Source: Mytilus californianus (Eukaryota). Taken from it: 64,000 nucleotides of DNA. The position numbers were made by a program, and so were the translations under genes. Numbering within the stretch: position 1 is the stretch's first letter; every line of letters begins with the position of its first letter. The notes below the pieces were generated by a model. The model was not told where the DNA came from. It saw only the letters and a list, made by a program, of their open reading frames with translations, and made no database searches. The stretch lies in NCBI RefSeq assembly GCF_021869535.1, contig NW_026262723.1, positions 59,458,001-59,522,000 on the forward strand, read 5' to 3'. Shown here in pieces: positions 37,751 through 51,771 of this stretch.

Positions 37751-38157
37751 AATAATTTCTCCGGGTAATTGCAATGATATATGATATATAACTTATTGTG
37801 AGCATAATTGGAGTTTTCGTAATTTTGGTTTTGTTTTTTTAGACATCAATTTTACGAGATCTTCATGAGGAATGTATCATTAAATTGATTTGTTGAAAAA
37901 ACTTATTTTACTATTAGTTGAAAATATGTTTTTAGTAAGCATTTAGATACCCCCAGGTTTAACGTTTTTCAAACATCAATTACTTGTCAAATCTTCATGG
38001 AATTTTATTAAACATGGACAGAAGCTGATAAAAAAAATAAAACGGAACAATTTTGTCATAATGTACAAATATACTAGACTTTTACATCATAATCAAACAA
38101 AAGTATTATTGTGCACTGACTAACATGCATGTTATATACAGTTGTTTGTTTTAGCTC

Positions 38158-38823
38158 AATAAGAATAAGAATAAGAATAAAAATATTTATTATTCCAATC
38201 AAGGGCCCTTGATGGGCAGCATAACATGTACACATAAAACAATACATCATGATTTGTAACAGAAAAACATTTTTATATATTAAAATGAAACATTTAAAAG
38301 TTCAGACAGATGTTATTATCTTCATTCTATAAAAATCACATACATTTAATTCCAGGCAGGATCAGAACTATAAAATCATTACAATTATCATTGTTATTAC
38401 ATACATTAATTAACATTTCGTCTAACATATAGACATGTAATAATATAGCTCCCTAAATATTTTAGTATAGACAAATTTTGCCTCAATTGAAAGATATATA
38501 AAATTGGGACAGATACAGTTTATCTCCTTGAAAAATATCTCCCTATCATTATTGTATGCTGGACAACTAGAAATAAAATGTTGTTCATCTTCAACCAGAT
38601 TTAGAGTACATTTCTTACAAAGCCTTTGGTCTCTTTCTATATATAAAGTTTTATACCTGTCTCTTTCTGTTTTGAGATCATGTGCACTGATTCTGATTTT
38701 ACATATGGCACTTCTCAATTGAAAATTGTTTAAAGATAGATACATTTCTTTCGAAAAACAAGTTTTAAGTTTGAAATAAGTTTCTAATTTACTACTCTTT
38801 GTATCTCTTCTTTTTGTGTTCAA
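38158..38823 (-). mobile_element. 5'-truncated LINE (CR1/L2-group) 3' end
   Basis: ORF2 C-terminal motif KL.TY...F....YL....R..I.K.R.S.H.L..E..RY.....R.C..C....EDE.HF...CP.Y...R; 3' UTR with palindrome atcaagggcccttgat (38198-38213) and a (tattct)n tail. Confidence 0.8.
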
Positions 38824-38922
38824 TATATGAACGGCGAATAGCTAAAGATTACTGACTAGTAATGAGATATTTTATCCATTACAATTTTGATTAATTCTGT
38901 CCTTTTTTGTAATTTTTGAATA

Positions 38923-39105
38923 TCACAACACATCTTCTGTCTCAACTTCACATACACTGTTTAAAGTCGCTCCATAATACTCTGTAAAAATATTCACAAT
39001 TTCTGGAGTATTGAATAGTTTAGATATATAGAACTCCTTCTCTGTTTCCAATTGAAAAACTTTATCTTTTAGTTGTACATTTTTTGTTCTTAAATCCACC
39101 AGCTC
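38923..39105 (-). CDS. bZIP-2 coding exon 3 (zipper)
   Basis: cttcag|ELVDLRTKNVQLKDKVFQLETEKEFYISKLFNTPEI...EDVL*. Confidence 0.88.
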   Translation of the reverse strand, partial: ELVDLRTKNVQLKDKVFQLETEKEFYISKLFNTPEIVNIFTEYYGATLNSVCEVETEDVL

Positions 39106-39801
39106 CTGAAGTAATAAAAGAACCATTTTAGTAGATTTATTAACCAAACACTTCAATGAATATGAAGCAATAAAATTATTTTTTATCATATAAACATTAA
39201 TATTCACCCATAATAAATGTTTGTTTTTTAGCTATGTTTGTACTTCCTAGGAATATAATCTTAAAATAGTGTTTGCTGGTTTTTTGTGACATCTTCCGAC
39301 TTTTTCTCTAAATATTGGTACAGAAATCGCTTCGATTGCAAAAGAAACTGATGTTCTTCTGAACTTGGATTCATTATGGACCGACCTAGAGTAATTCAGA
39401 AATCCATCTTTTGGCTTCGTAAATTAATTTTTTTTCGTAGTCGCAGCGTTTGATTTTTGGCCCAATCAGGAGGTTAGAAACCATAAAATTTCAATTTTGC
39501 ATGATCATTACCGATTAGGACAATTACGACATAAGAAACAATAACAACCTTGTACTTGTAATTTAAGTTAAAATTTTACACCTTTCTGTACTTTTATTGA
39601 AATTGCAGTATGTAAGAAATATATATTTTCTATAGAGAGTTTGATCAATTGGAAAAACTTATCAAGTAACAAAAGACTTAACAGTAATACGAAGCTCTAA
39701 AAAAAAGAGACGAAAAGACTGTCCGAATGCTAGACGAACATTTGCTTGAATTGATGATAAGAATAGATTCAACGATTATGTACTAGTATGATGTTCCTAA
39801 C

Positions 39802-39909
39802 CTGTTTTACCAGATAATTAAATTGTTTTTTCTTTAGTCGACATTTTCGTGCAGAGGACCTGTTGCACCGTTTTCTGTAACATTGTCTTTCTCTTTCTTT
39901 TTCTGTAAG
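39802..39909 (-). CDS. bZIP-2 coding exon 2 (basic region)
   Basis: gatag|LTEKERERQCYRKRCNRSSARKCRLKKKQFNYLVKQ|gttagg; 108 nt. Confidence 0.9.
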
Positions 39910-40992
39910 CTATCAATTTTTTAAAGGAAAGAAATCAATAACATTCATCCTGTAAACATTAATAACATATGTATGAAGGAAATGTTGGGTAAGAGTAAAT
40001 GGCATAGCCACCCCAAAACACTTATTTGTTCGAAAATATTATCTATGGATTACGGCATGTCCAATATGACAAGGTATCAACATGAACCTAGATGGAATGT
40101 GGTAATTCTATTTTATTCTAGCTTTTGTGATTGAATTCCAGAATGAGTTAGAAATCATCACCAAATACCTGAATAGAAATGTTAACCCAATTCCCACTAC
40201 AAAAAAAAACAAAACAAAAACAAAAAAAAAAAAACACAAATAACTATAAAAAAAAAAACAATCAACGAAACATAATTCATAAACATTGAAACTTTTGTTG
40301 ACCAACTTTCATAACGAATACCCCAGAGAGCACCGTTCCATTCTATGCTGTTTTTGCAAGATATATTAGTTTTTTACTCGGAAGAGCATGAACACATTTT
40401 GCATGGTTCAACCAGTTTTGTGGGAAGATTTGTTCCTTGTATCCTTTCGATTTGTATAACAGACGACGAGAAGTATATACTTTATAAAAAAAAATTTATA
40501 AAACAAAAGCTCGAAACCCATTATGGTTAATTGTTCGACGTATTATTACATTGCGCCTACACATTTCGAGGTTTCATGTTACAAGTGTAAATGATACATT
40601 TCAGTTGTATGACTAACATGTTCACTATTGTGATGTGTGTGTGGTACAAAACGAAATTATTGGTTTTCTATCTTTTACCAACTAGGTGTAAATACGAAGA
40701 AACAAGCAGATACAAAAATGATGCTTGCTTTATTAGAAAAGTTAAATGGCTAAATTTTATGAAACATTTATCAAAAAAAAAAAATCATTAATATTTGTTA
40801 ATTGGTTTTATTTTGATAAGAAATTATCTTTTGATAAGTTCGAAAAGTCTTCATATAAAATTCGTATTATTAAAATGAATTTCAAAATGAAAGTTCAAAT
40901 TAAGATCCATTATTTAAATATTCAAGCTCATCTTTTTGTATTCATACAAAGATTAACAAATGTTAGTGGCTATGGTATCAAAACAAACTTAC

Positions 40993-41205
40993 AGGTGTTT
41001 GTGGTTTATGTTCAAAATCTACTTTAAGTTCATCCAGTCCCTGAGACAGACGTCGTGTCTGTATTTTCAGCCTCAATTCGTCTTTTAATAAAGGCAATAA
41101 AGACTTTCTTGCAACTGACTCTTTTGCACGGTCATAAAGATCATTGTCAAAATTGTGAGCATCAGATGGCAGTCTAAATACTCTTTCATTTTCTTTGCGG
41201 TCCAT
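40993..41205 (-). CDS. bZIP-2 coding exon 1 (167 aa total)
   Basis: tttcaag|aATG; MDRKENERVFRLPSDAHNFD...LLPLLKDELRLKIQTRRLSQGLDELKVDFEHKPQTP|gtaagt; 213 nt. Confidence 0.9.
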
Positions 41206-43073
41206 TCTTGAAAAAAAAAAAATAAAATGTATACGCAATATATCTCAGCTACACTGGTGTTATCAAAGAAGTTTTCTAAGATGTTATTTCCGATTCCCTC
41301 TCCATGCACAGACTAGCTTTTTTATGTTTTGTCCAAATATATTCCTGACAGTAATCACATAATACATAAATATAACACGTGTTTTTTTTTTAATATTCTT
41401 TGCATTGACTCATGCTTACGCAAAATTAGGCTGTCTAAAAATAACTCTTCAGCAAGTTAAGGGTCAGTGAGTGGTAACCATGAACGAAACTTTGTGCACT
41501 TCCCTGAAATAAGGGAAATGGATTTATATACGAGCATTGACATTGTTACCTCATCCCATTATTGAATTCCATGATACATCGTACTAGTTTAAACTATTAT
41601 TTGTACATGATTTATTAATACATGCAATATTTCTTTACAACATTTTATGCACTCTGAAGAGACAATTAGCCCTATGCTAAACTTGACACAATCACAAGCA
41701 TTAAATTTTTAGTTCAGCCGTGTCAGTTTTATCATTATTCGCACAGTGTTTAAAATGCTGTTTTCTTTTCCAGTTGGTCTTTTCCTATAATGTAGAATCA
41801 AAAGTGAGCCGACATGATGTTCTATTTTTAAACACTACCTATTACATAAAAAAACTTACCAGCCAGGTAGATAGATAAATTTATCATACTGATTCCAAGA
41901 AGACCGTACATATTTGGTATTTAAAAATATTAATGTTTTATATGAATTTAAATTTATTTGAAATTAAATTTTGCAGGAATTATATATTCTTGCAATTAAC
42001 AAAAGGGTTGTAAAAGATAATGTTCTAATAGACAGAAAAAGAAATATAAGAAAATCTTTTGATAATTAAAAAATTACAACATCCTATTCCTTAAACTTTA
42101 TAAAATATCGTGCTTCCGATGCGCTTTTCACTTGCATTGCACACGACTTACCATTATTCTCTTAAAATAAGATCAAGACTTAAATGATTTTTTAATCTAT
42201 TTTTGATTTTACAAATTTACCTATGATTAAAAAGTATAAGAATTACCAATAGGGTAGCGAAATCATTTATAACAACTTATATTTACTTCATTAGCGTTCC
42301 AAGAAGACCATATTGATTGCGTTTTTGAAAAATAGACTGACTTTTTGAATGAATATATTATTTGAAACTAGGCTTTGAAATAAACAGTTGCTTCCTGATA
42401 GTAATTGTTGAATTAGGAAGTTTGATTAATCAATACATTTTGTTTTGTGTAGTAAAGATCAGTAAGTCCATTTGTAAGAATGAAAAAAAACATTTCATTG
42501 TCCGTCCAATTACATTCTAAACACAATAAAACACCAATAACCCTCCAATAACTCGAGACCCAAAGAGTGTGTGACCTCTCAACTGGTATGTTTTAATTTG
42601 ATAGTGTTGACATAAAATATGTACACGTTTAATTTGGAGTCTCAAAGGATATTTTAACTATGTGAAATTCTTTTTTCAATAATCCAATGTATCTGTAGTT
42701 TTACAATATTCATAACTGAAACATCTTTCTGATCTCTACAACCTCAAGAAAGCATACACATTTATGTATTCATTTTCATGTTGTGAGGAAGCGTATTTGA
42801 CTTACCTTTTCTTATCTCATTACAACATGAACTTTTAAAAAAGCATTGTGGCTAAACACTAAAAAAAGTTTCTGTTGAAGTCCATATGTGCTTAATACGC
42901 CCGACAATTCAATCAGTTATGAGCAAACTCATCCATGCAATTATAAGCATTGCTTCAGTAGTAACTCGACAATGCTATGTATGTTGTCAACCCAAAAAAT
43001 GCGAAAAATTAAAAAGCATTATTATTTAGCTTGGAACGATAATAATGAATTCTAAAAAAGTTAAAATGTATAC

Positions 43074-43200
43074 CTGTTTTAGACATGTGCTATGGTTAAA
43101 AATAATTCCTTGTCATCTTTGTAGAATTATTTTTAGAACAGGTACTTTCTGTGTTCTTTATTTAGCATTGTTTTAGATAAATGCATATTATATGATTGAT
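43074..43200 (-). promoter_or_regulatory. Putative non-coding leader exon of bZIP-2
   Basis: Donor cag|gtatac near 43074; homologous blocks with the same donor at ~37608-37730 and ~53832-53950, the latter about the same distance upstream of bZIP-3. Confidence 0.45.
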
Positions 43201-43652
43201 TCATTTCCCTAGGAAATTGGATAGCCATATTTATGTTTACAAATTATTTGTAAGCGTTGGCTTAAGATAATGCTAACGACTGCACTATATTTAACATGAC
43301 AAAAAGTTTGCTGCAAGCTAAATTCCAAAGGTTTGTCTTCACGCTAAAAGCACCAATGTGTCATTGTTTGGGCCATGGGTTTTTCCTATGACAAACAATA
43401 TTTTTTTTTGAACAGCAGGAACACGAAATGTTATTTATTCAAATCAATTTTGTTTTTATTTTGTTACTTATTTTAAGCAAAAACATAATCTATTCATTCA
43501 CTGAAAGAAATTGCTTTGTATATATTCATATCGGACAAAGATAATGTACCTTCTAAAATATCTGAATAAAGACAGAACAGATAAGACATTTTTGACCTAG
43601 ACGTCCTTTAAACAAAGGTGTTTTAAGTTTAGTTTTTTTTCAAATATTTTTG

Positions 43653-43865
43653 CCTTGGACATCACTAAAGAGACGTTTATTGTCGAAAACCGCATCTGGT
43701 GCAATAAATTTGGTATGTTTAATGATATTCCACAAACCTGTCCAAATTAAAAAAAATAATACTAGAAAATAATAAAAAGAAGCCTTGTCTCAATTTGTTT
43801 TTGATTTTAACATATTTTTGCCTTGGACATCACTGATGAGACGTTGATTGTCGAAATTCGCATTA
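43653..43865 (+). ncRNA. Two tandem type-I hammerhead-like motifs (family C), period 168 nt
   Basis: acauca-CUAAAGA-GAC guuuauu GUC-GAAA-accgca-UC-UGGUGC (core mutated) and acauca-CUGAUGA-GAC guugauu GUC-GAAA-uucgca-UU (core intact, 3' strand of stem I lost). Confidence 0.55.
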
Positions 43866-46800
43866 AGTTTTAAAAAATAATATTTGAAAAAAATCGAGAG
43901 AAGCCTTTTATTATAATTGATTTTTTTTTTATTAGTTGTTATTGGCTTTGAACTAGCTGTCAGTAACTTCTAGTACTCTCAGATCTGTACTTGTCGTCTT
44001 TTTGTTGTGTGGATGTATAAGGTACCTGTCCACGTCCACTCTTTGCTTTTGTTAGATGTATTTCAATTTGTATCCATCTGATGAGTTAAGCCTTCTTCAA
44101 CTGATTTTTATCGTTTGTACTTATGTTGTACTGTTGAACCACTCGCCCAGGTTAGGGGTAGGTTTGACTGCTCACAAACATGTTTAACCCCGCCACATAC
44201 TTTATCTGCCCGTCCCATGTCAGGAGCCTGTAGTTCAGTGGTTTTCGTTGGTTCATGTCTGTCATATTTATTTTTCGTAAATTGTTTTGTTATAAAATAG
44301 GCCGTTAGTTTTCTCAATTTGTTTTTCTCATTGTTGAAGGCCATACAGTTGCCTATAATTGCTTACATCCACTTTATTTGAACTTTGGTGGATAGTTGTC
44401 TCATTGGCGATCATACCACATCTCCTTATTTTTATATTGTCTATCACCGCTTTAAAACGTTAGATGTTCTAAATCATATTCCTCAGATATAAACAAGAAA
44501 TTAAAACAAAAAAGTCTGTGATAACACCGACAATACAAATTTTGGTCACTTTTGTAGCATTAATTGTTGTAACAATTGGTCGAATTAATATAAACTCTCT
44601 ATCATATCCCATCCACCCTTTTCTGTTATAAGATATATATAATAGCGAACTTTGTATACGGATGATTATTAAATAGTTTAAATATATTCTATTGTATTAA
44701 GTAACAACTGGATTGGATACAAATTATAACAACTTAAGATAGTCCTTAAGTTTATTGCATCAGATAATACAATACATGTTAAGTCGGTGTTTCTAATAGT
44801 ATTGTTCAAAGCTCTGAGTTCTTTTAAAGCAAGAGATAAAACAAATCAAACTCGAATTTAGTCAATTATATCTTAATCGTTTTTCTTAACATGGATGTTG
44901 ATATTGTTCAAATATTCGTTTCCCTGCTTAGTGTTACTTGTATTTGATTTTCAAATGTATGAGTTTAACTATAATTGAAGTGAAATCCTACATAATGTGA
45001 TGACGTCAAATCAGTTCAAGGTTGACATACCTGCTGTCATTCTCGCAGGAATTGCTGCCATTTTTATTATATGAAGATTTATTATGCTGTTTTAAAATAT
45101 TACTTTTCTATTGAAAAAGGAGACAAAGTGCAAATGGCAATAAGACAGCATTTCAGCTTTCTTACTTAAGATGGAGTATTTTTTTAAACTAAAAGAGTAA
45201 GAATATATAAAAGGCCAGTGCTAACACTTTATGAAAAGGGGGGTATAATATTGAAAAACTTGTATGAAAATAAGAAGAAACAGCTTAATCTTATCCGATA
45301 AAAAATGCTGAAAAGATTTTTTAAATAAGCTCTAGACTCTAGATGGAGTTTTGTAATATTGTTTTTACTATAAACATATTTAACAATCTTCTTCCTTGAT
45401 TTTTATTAACCTCCGATCTAGGTTTAGTTTTCCGTGATCATTCTATGAAACAACTTGAGATACACATTTTATTCCCAATAACTAGATATTTAAATGCCAA
45501 CCCAGTAGTTACACACCCTATTACCGGCTATCATTGAAGATACAATAGGAAGTGTTCCCAATTGTCATTCAAAACAATTGTTTTTACTATCGCATGAATC
45601 AGATGTTTGTCTTCTTTAACGATTGCCATTTTAAAACAATGGATTTTGCAGTAGCGTACAGTAGATTTGATCTGTGTTATCTGTCGTATCGATAGATTGT
45701 AATGGGATGGGAGATGAATACATAGCCTCCCTATTTTTTTTTATTTTTTTTATTTTACAAGACAACACAGGAAAAACACAAAAATTTTAATTCTGGTATC
45801 TATGATGAGTTTTCTTAAATGCTCTGAATCAACATCCCGTGTATATAAGTGTCTTTTTTCCTTAAAAAAATGTCTGTACCAAGTCAGGAATATGACATTT
45901 GTTTTCCATTCGTTCCGTTGGTTGATATTGTCAAGCATATGGTTTCGTCAAGTTTTATGGACTTCTCCCTTGTAAATGTACCTTAGAGTCCGGTGTTTTT
46001 GTTAATACTTTTTGTGTGTATCTCAATTTCTCAAGAAAGTAAAACTGTGGTCAATATAAGTAAGGTTTAAGGTTTCAGTGTTATCGCTTGCATTTTGCTT
46101 TGACTTCGTATGTAGTATTTTAAATTTGCGTTCCTCCTGGTCTGTTTTTATTAGTCTTATATGTTGCCCTAAAGTTTCAACTTTAAGTATTGTTATCTTG
46201 AATACTACTTAAACCAGATAGGGATGAAGGTCCCGTTTAAAGTGTCTGTGTATTGTCTCCAGAAGGAAAGTAATCAATATCAATATGAATGTGGCTTCTT
46301 GTTTCATTGTTGTTGTTTCTGCATGATGTTCTGACTTTGCATGTTGTATGTTGGTTGTGCACTTTCCATAGTCGTTTTCATTAGTCTGATATAATGGTGT
46401 TATCTGTAGCTTTTTTATTTTGTCGTTGCGTAAATTTGTCACTTCGATGATTTCTAGAAATGTATGAACTGTCAGCTCAGTTATTGTGATTTTATTAAAA
46501 CGTCGTTTTACTTCGAAGTTTCACTTCCCAATTCCCCGTAGCTTGATTGTTTTAACAAAAATAGTTAATCAATGTACGTATACATAGAGATAAGACATGA
46601 ATTTAACCTGCGTGGTGGTTATAATTTAGTTCAAATAATAAAAAAGGAGTTTGTATTTTTATTTACCAAGACAGAAAGAATAAATTCACAAATTATTAAA
46701 TCCATTTTATTACATAATCTTATAACTCTTGTATTGTTGAATGGTTCCTAGATTATTGTCGTTAATCATTAATTTATTATTTTTGAAAGCTTTGCTGAAA

Positions 46801-48275
46801 ATATTGTACTTCAGAAAAAAAGTAAGGTTATAACACCATCATGCAAAGTTGACTTCCGACGGTTTGTCTAAAATATTAGTCTTTTTATATCTCTTGTTCC
46901 CTATGTATTATCATATTCTGACTGTCCTAATTTTAGCCATGAGTGTTCTTAATGAAGTCAGAAACTTTGCTTTAAACTTTAATTCATTTCTGGCAAATTG
47001 ATTATAATATAGATTCACGCATTGAACACATACAATAGAATCGAAAATTTTCAGTTTGATTATTATTATAGTATAAATAATTTACTATATAAGATTATCG
47101 ATCTCTTCCTTGTTGTAAAATCTATATGAAATAGGTTATTACATATTAAATCAAGAGCATAACAGGCTATAGTCCGGTATTTAATTTTTTTTTGTAATTG
47201 TTGACTTATTTTACAATTGTTCATTACGTTGTATATGGAAACTTTTCATTCCCTTTGAGTAGCGGTAACCTTATACTGCAGAATTTCGCTTTGTTTGTTT
47301 TTCATTTGTTTTTGTCGCCTTGTTTTTGTTTTTGCTTTTTGTTCCTTCTTTTGTTGATAAAGTCACTTTGGTATTAAAGATTTTAGTTGTTTTTTGCTTT
47401 ACTAATTAATAAAACAAAAACACACTTTAAAATTTATTACTAGTAATTTTATGCAATATCATTTACATTTCAGTTCAAGCTAAGGATACAGTTCTGTAAG
47501 ACAAATATATGAACGAACACACAAATGAAAGAAGAACGAATGAACGTACTTGTAAACAAACAACCGATTGAACTGACAAATTACCAAATAGATACGAGAG
47601 ACTAAGATTAATTGAGTACAATCTGATTTTATGATCGGTTACATTTTGTTTGTAAATATTTATCAAAATGTCAATAAATTAAGATATCATGAGTGATCAT
47701 AGTTATAATTTGTCTATTTTTTTATCATTGGAAAATACGTTTAAAAAATATCAGTTACACATCAGCCAATGAAAATCGATGTATATATATTACAATGAAC
47801 TCTCTTCCTGGTGAACGAATGTATTTACCGAAGACTTGATTGATATCCGTTTATTTTATTAGTAGATAGATCCATTTCAGAAGTCGTACACAGCACTTAA
47901 TGCCCTTGTATTCAATACTGGACATAAGGTTTAACTTATGTCGAATACGATCTATGATAAAAATTTCTACTCAAACTCGTATTCTTAGGAAATATAATTA
48001 ATATGGAATGCATTGTGAAAATTGTGTAAAGAAAGATAACTTCATGATCTATTTTGCATATCTCTTTAACTTTCGAGTCCATTTCTTTATTTAAAAAAGT
48101 AGGCATTACGAGAAGAACCATTACCAGTTCAACTGTTAGTAAAATAAAAAAATAATAATATTCGCAGTGTTTCAGATTCACTTATTTTTCTAAATCGCAT
48201 GATTGATATTTAAGTTTTGTCGATCGTGTAATATAACTTATAATGCAAAAATCCCCAATATTTTATAAGTTGTAT

Positions 48276-48317
48276 GCGTCCGAAGCGGTTTTCAAGATTT
48301 ATCTTCACCAGGAACGC
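48276..48317 (-). ncRNA. Degenerate family B hammerhead motif
   Basis: GCGUUC-CUGGUGA-AGAUAAAUCUU-GAAA-ACCGCU-UC-GGACGC; core A6 changed to G. Confidence 0.5.
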
Positions 48318-49791
48318 TCAAAGTCGAATATTTGAAAGCCAAGTCTGCATAATAACTGAAACAGTGGAAGAGCTATATGATCAAAGAAGACCTTGAAAGA
48401 GATACTAAATCTATTTCGGGTCAACTTTGCCTGAGAGAGTTGGTACCTCAAGTTTGCGGTACAGTCGGTGATATGCATATATAGAGTACTTGTACTAGTA
48501 TTCATTGACGCTATTTTAGATTACATTATCAATGGAAATACATTTGACTATATAAATAACTATAAAAGAAATATGAGATATAAAATCAAAGATAAATGAG
48601 AAAAGATTGAGTTACGCATATGCCTTATGAAACAAAAGATTGTGTTTGTACTGAAGAAATGGAAATCTGTTATAGGGAAACTGAATTTTTCCCTGTTTTA
48701 AGTTATCTATTTGAAGATTTATCTAACACACATGCTACTTTATCCTTGAAGTATATCTGAATTCTAAACCGACACCTACAAATCCGAAACTTCAAACACA
48801 CTGAAGCTTTCTGTATGGCCTGAGTTGATCATAATATATATATATAGTTTATTATACATTAAGGATATGTGGTAGTGTATGATCGAAAATGAGAAAACTA
48901 TCCACCAGTGTCCAAATGACGTGGATTTAAGCCACTTTGCATACACACGGTTTTATGTTTTGTCTTTATTTTTTTTCTCTCTACCAAATAAGACTATTTC
49001 CTCGTGAGTAGAAAATAGTGGCAGTACAGTATCATGATATCCTGAGGTATCAAATGGTAATACGTACATACAAACACTTAAATCATTTGCTATTTGAGAG
49101 GCTAAGAAGCTGATGTTTTGCGATATTCTGATCAAATTTTTTGGGTAGTTCAAAGCCAAACATAAAGAACCATAGACATAACGCACTTGGAACAAGTAAA
49201 AACTCATGAGGACAGCTATTGCAAATAGGAGATTTATATTATTGACATCTAATTTTAATGGATTCTTCTTTCAAAACACAGCAGCGCTGCATGCGGTACT
49301 TAAACTAATCTGTGGATTTTCTATTAGACTTTAACTTAAGTGATTTTGTTGTCCGTTTTTTTTTTCTTTGCGTTTGAATTGTGTTTTCTTTAGAACTCCT
49401 CTTTACTTTTTTTTAGATTCACAGACGGTGCCCAACAGACCTGTTATGGTGTTTTTCATATTTTCTTTCAAAATCGTTTATTTTCTAATTACAGCTGCAG
49501 GTATCATTTTGTTTTCACTATTATGTAGATCAATGTTTTGCAAATTTAAGCAGGAGGTAGATTAAAAATAATCAAGCATATAATATATTAAGTTGTTATA
49601 GTCTTCTTGAAGAAGAGTTAAAAAAAAATGAAAACAACGCTTTATAAACTGTATGCGTTTGTATCGCTTTTCTGGTTTTAACTTTAAAGCTGTTTATGTA
49701 CTTGAAAATGTCCACTCGTCATTGTTTTATTGGTATAATACATTAATATCATAATGAAGAAACTAAGGTTGTCTAAATAGGAGATTTAATC

Positions 49792-49980
49792 CTAATGATT
49801 TAGCACATTTTCTGTTTTGATTTCACACAAAATATCTAAAGGTTCTCCATACAACTCAGTAAAAATGTTCATAATTTCGGGAGAACTGGCTAGTTTTGAC
49901 ATATAATAATCCTTCTCAGTTTCTATTTTGCGTATTGTGTTCTTTAAAAACTGATTTCTTTTCTCTAAATCATGGAGCTC
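49792..49980 (-). CDS. bZIP-3 coding exon 3 (zipper)
   Basis: Not in the ORF track; tttatttcag|ELHDLEKRNQFLKNTIRKIETEKDYYMSKLASSPEIMNIFTELYGEPLDILCEIKTENVLNH*; aligns with bZIP-2 exon 3. Confidence 0.88.
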   Translation of the reverse strand, partial: ELHDLEKRNQFLKNTIRKIETEKDYYMSKLASSPEIMNIFTELYGEPLDILCEIKTENVLNH

Positions 49981-50941
49981 CTGAAATAAAATAATAAAAT
50001 CAAGATAAAGACTTTATCATGGTTGATAATGGAGAGAAAAAAAAATCACTGTGTTTTATCTAAAAGGAAAAGAAAATGAGGTGCATGCCTATGAGACATT
50101 TTCCACGTTCAAACTTGGAAATAAGCGAAGAAGTATCGCTTTTGCTTCAATTTTACAGCTGCCGAAAGGTTGTCTACAGCGAAAAAGCCAACATTCTACA
50201 ACAAGTTCACGAAGCCTGATATAACGAATATAAAGAGAAAATATTGAATTGTTGTTAAAAAAATAACACAATTTCTAGTTTCTACAATATAAGGCAGCAA
50301 AAATGTAGAAAGAAAAAGGTATGTCCAATTTCCCCCCGTATGTATTTCATATGATTTATTTCACTCGCACTAGATTAGAAAGTTATAATAGCATATGTGA
50401 ATCGTGGTACAAGAGTCTATACAACACACTTAAAACACTTTTCAATTTTATTCAGCGCTACAGATTGCTGTAGTAGACATTTTTTATATAATACTGCAAA
50501 GGTATAAGGATTTTGTAAAATTTAGCATTTGAGGACATACATAATCTTATTGAGTCTTCAAAACAATGTATTGTTTTAATTCGAATACATTGTTTTCATA
50601 CATACTCCAATGCCAAACTCTTTCATTGCGGTTTTGATCATAATATTGTCAGATCCTCATAGTACACGCACACATACAGCTTTGATACTGCGAATTTGAG
50701 TAAAGAATGAAAGATCTTATGAAAATGGTCCTGTATTGAAATAAATTCGGTGGTGGTTTCGGGGGGATCTACGATACAAAAATAATACACTTGTTTTCTT
50801 AATTAGGTACGATCAGTCTAAAATAATTGCAAAAATACTTGTGCATAAAACCAAATATGAAACATGCACATATCTGTGTTGCAAATTGCCTAAAACAAAC
50901 GATTCTTATCTTTAATGAACTTTTCCACATTTCCATCTTAC

Positions 50942-51049
50942 CTGTTGTTTCCGTGAATAAAATATTTTTTTTTTATATCGACATTTTTTAGCTGACACTC
51001 TATTGTGCATTTTTCTGTGATTTTGTTTTTCTAGTTCTTCTTCTGTAAG
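50942..51049 (-). CDS. bZIP-3 coding exon 2 (basic region)
   Basis: tatag|LTEEELEKQNHRKMHNRVSAKKCRYKKKIFYSRKQQ|gtaaga; 108 nt. Confidence 0.9.
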
Positions 51050-51771
51050 CTATAAATTTATGAAAAGGAAAAAATTAGTAGTTGTATACATTTACGTGAA
51101 GTTATTCTTTCTCCAGTCTCCTGAAATGTTTTGTTTTGCCCGAATACCACTTTTTGACGGTTTGTGCATGTATTAAGCAACACCGAGAGGATTAAGATTG
51201 TATAGCCTTTCAGAGAATCTGAGTTCAATCCAGGGTTTAGTGAGGTTCCTGTTGCCCAATCTTTAGTTTTCTATATGGTTTTATAAATGACTTCTGTTTT
51301 TTTAGTGTTTTGTATGTTATTCGACGTATGGTTTCTGACTGCCTCTTGTCATTTCATATTTTTCTTCGAGTTTTTGCAATATTTTCTTGTTTTATTTGGA
51401 ATTATTCATCTTAAATTAAGTTCTGACTTTACCTATCGCTACCCTCACACAATATCAAAAGAATATTGGATGAAAACTTTATACTCTTCTAGTTATTGAA
51501 AAAAAAATAAATACATGTAATTCTAGCTATAATTTGTACTCTCAGATCTCTTGAATGCATTCATTAATCTGATGTATTTTGAAACATATTTAGACATAAA
51601 GTTTAAACAATCCAAACTTCAATGTTTTTTTTTTTTGCTTGACCCATAATTTGCAAATAAAGTTATAATGAAAAAAAAATACCAAAAATGTTTAGACTAC
51701 AACTTGAGAAAACTGAATATAATTATATGATATACGCAAGAAATATAGTTTTATAATTGTAAGTAACTTAC

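Noticed and set aside
45001-45008. Perfect CRE (TGACGTCA) upstream of bZIP-2; AP-1 sites at 10448, 41406, 56789 and 62241; TTACGCAA near 41416
   Set aside because: By rough base-composition estimate, about 0.5 CRE and about 7 TGASTCA sites are expected by chance in 64 kb, so there is no enrichment; autoregulation cannot be inferred.
50089-50271. ORF as the missing third exon of bZIP-3
   Set aside because: No zipper similarity; the true exon is at 49792-49980.
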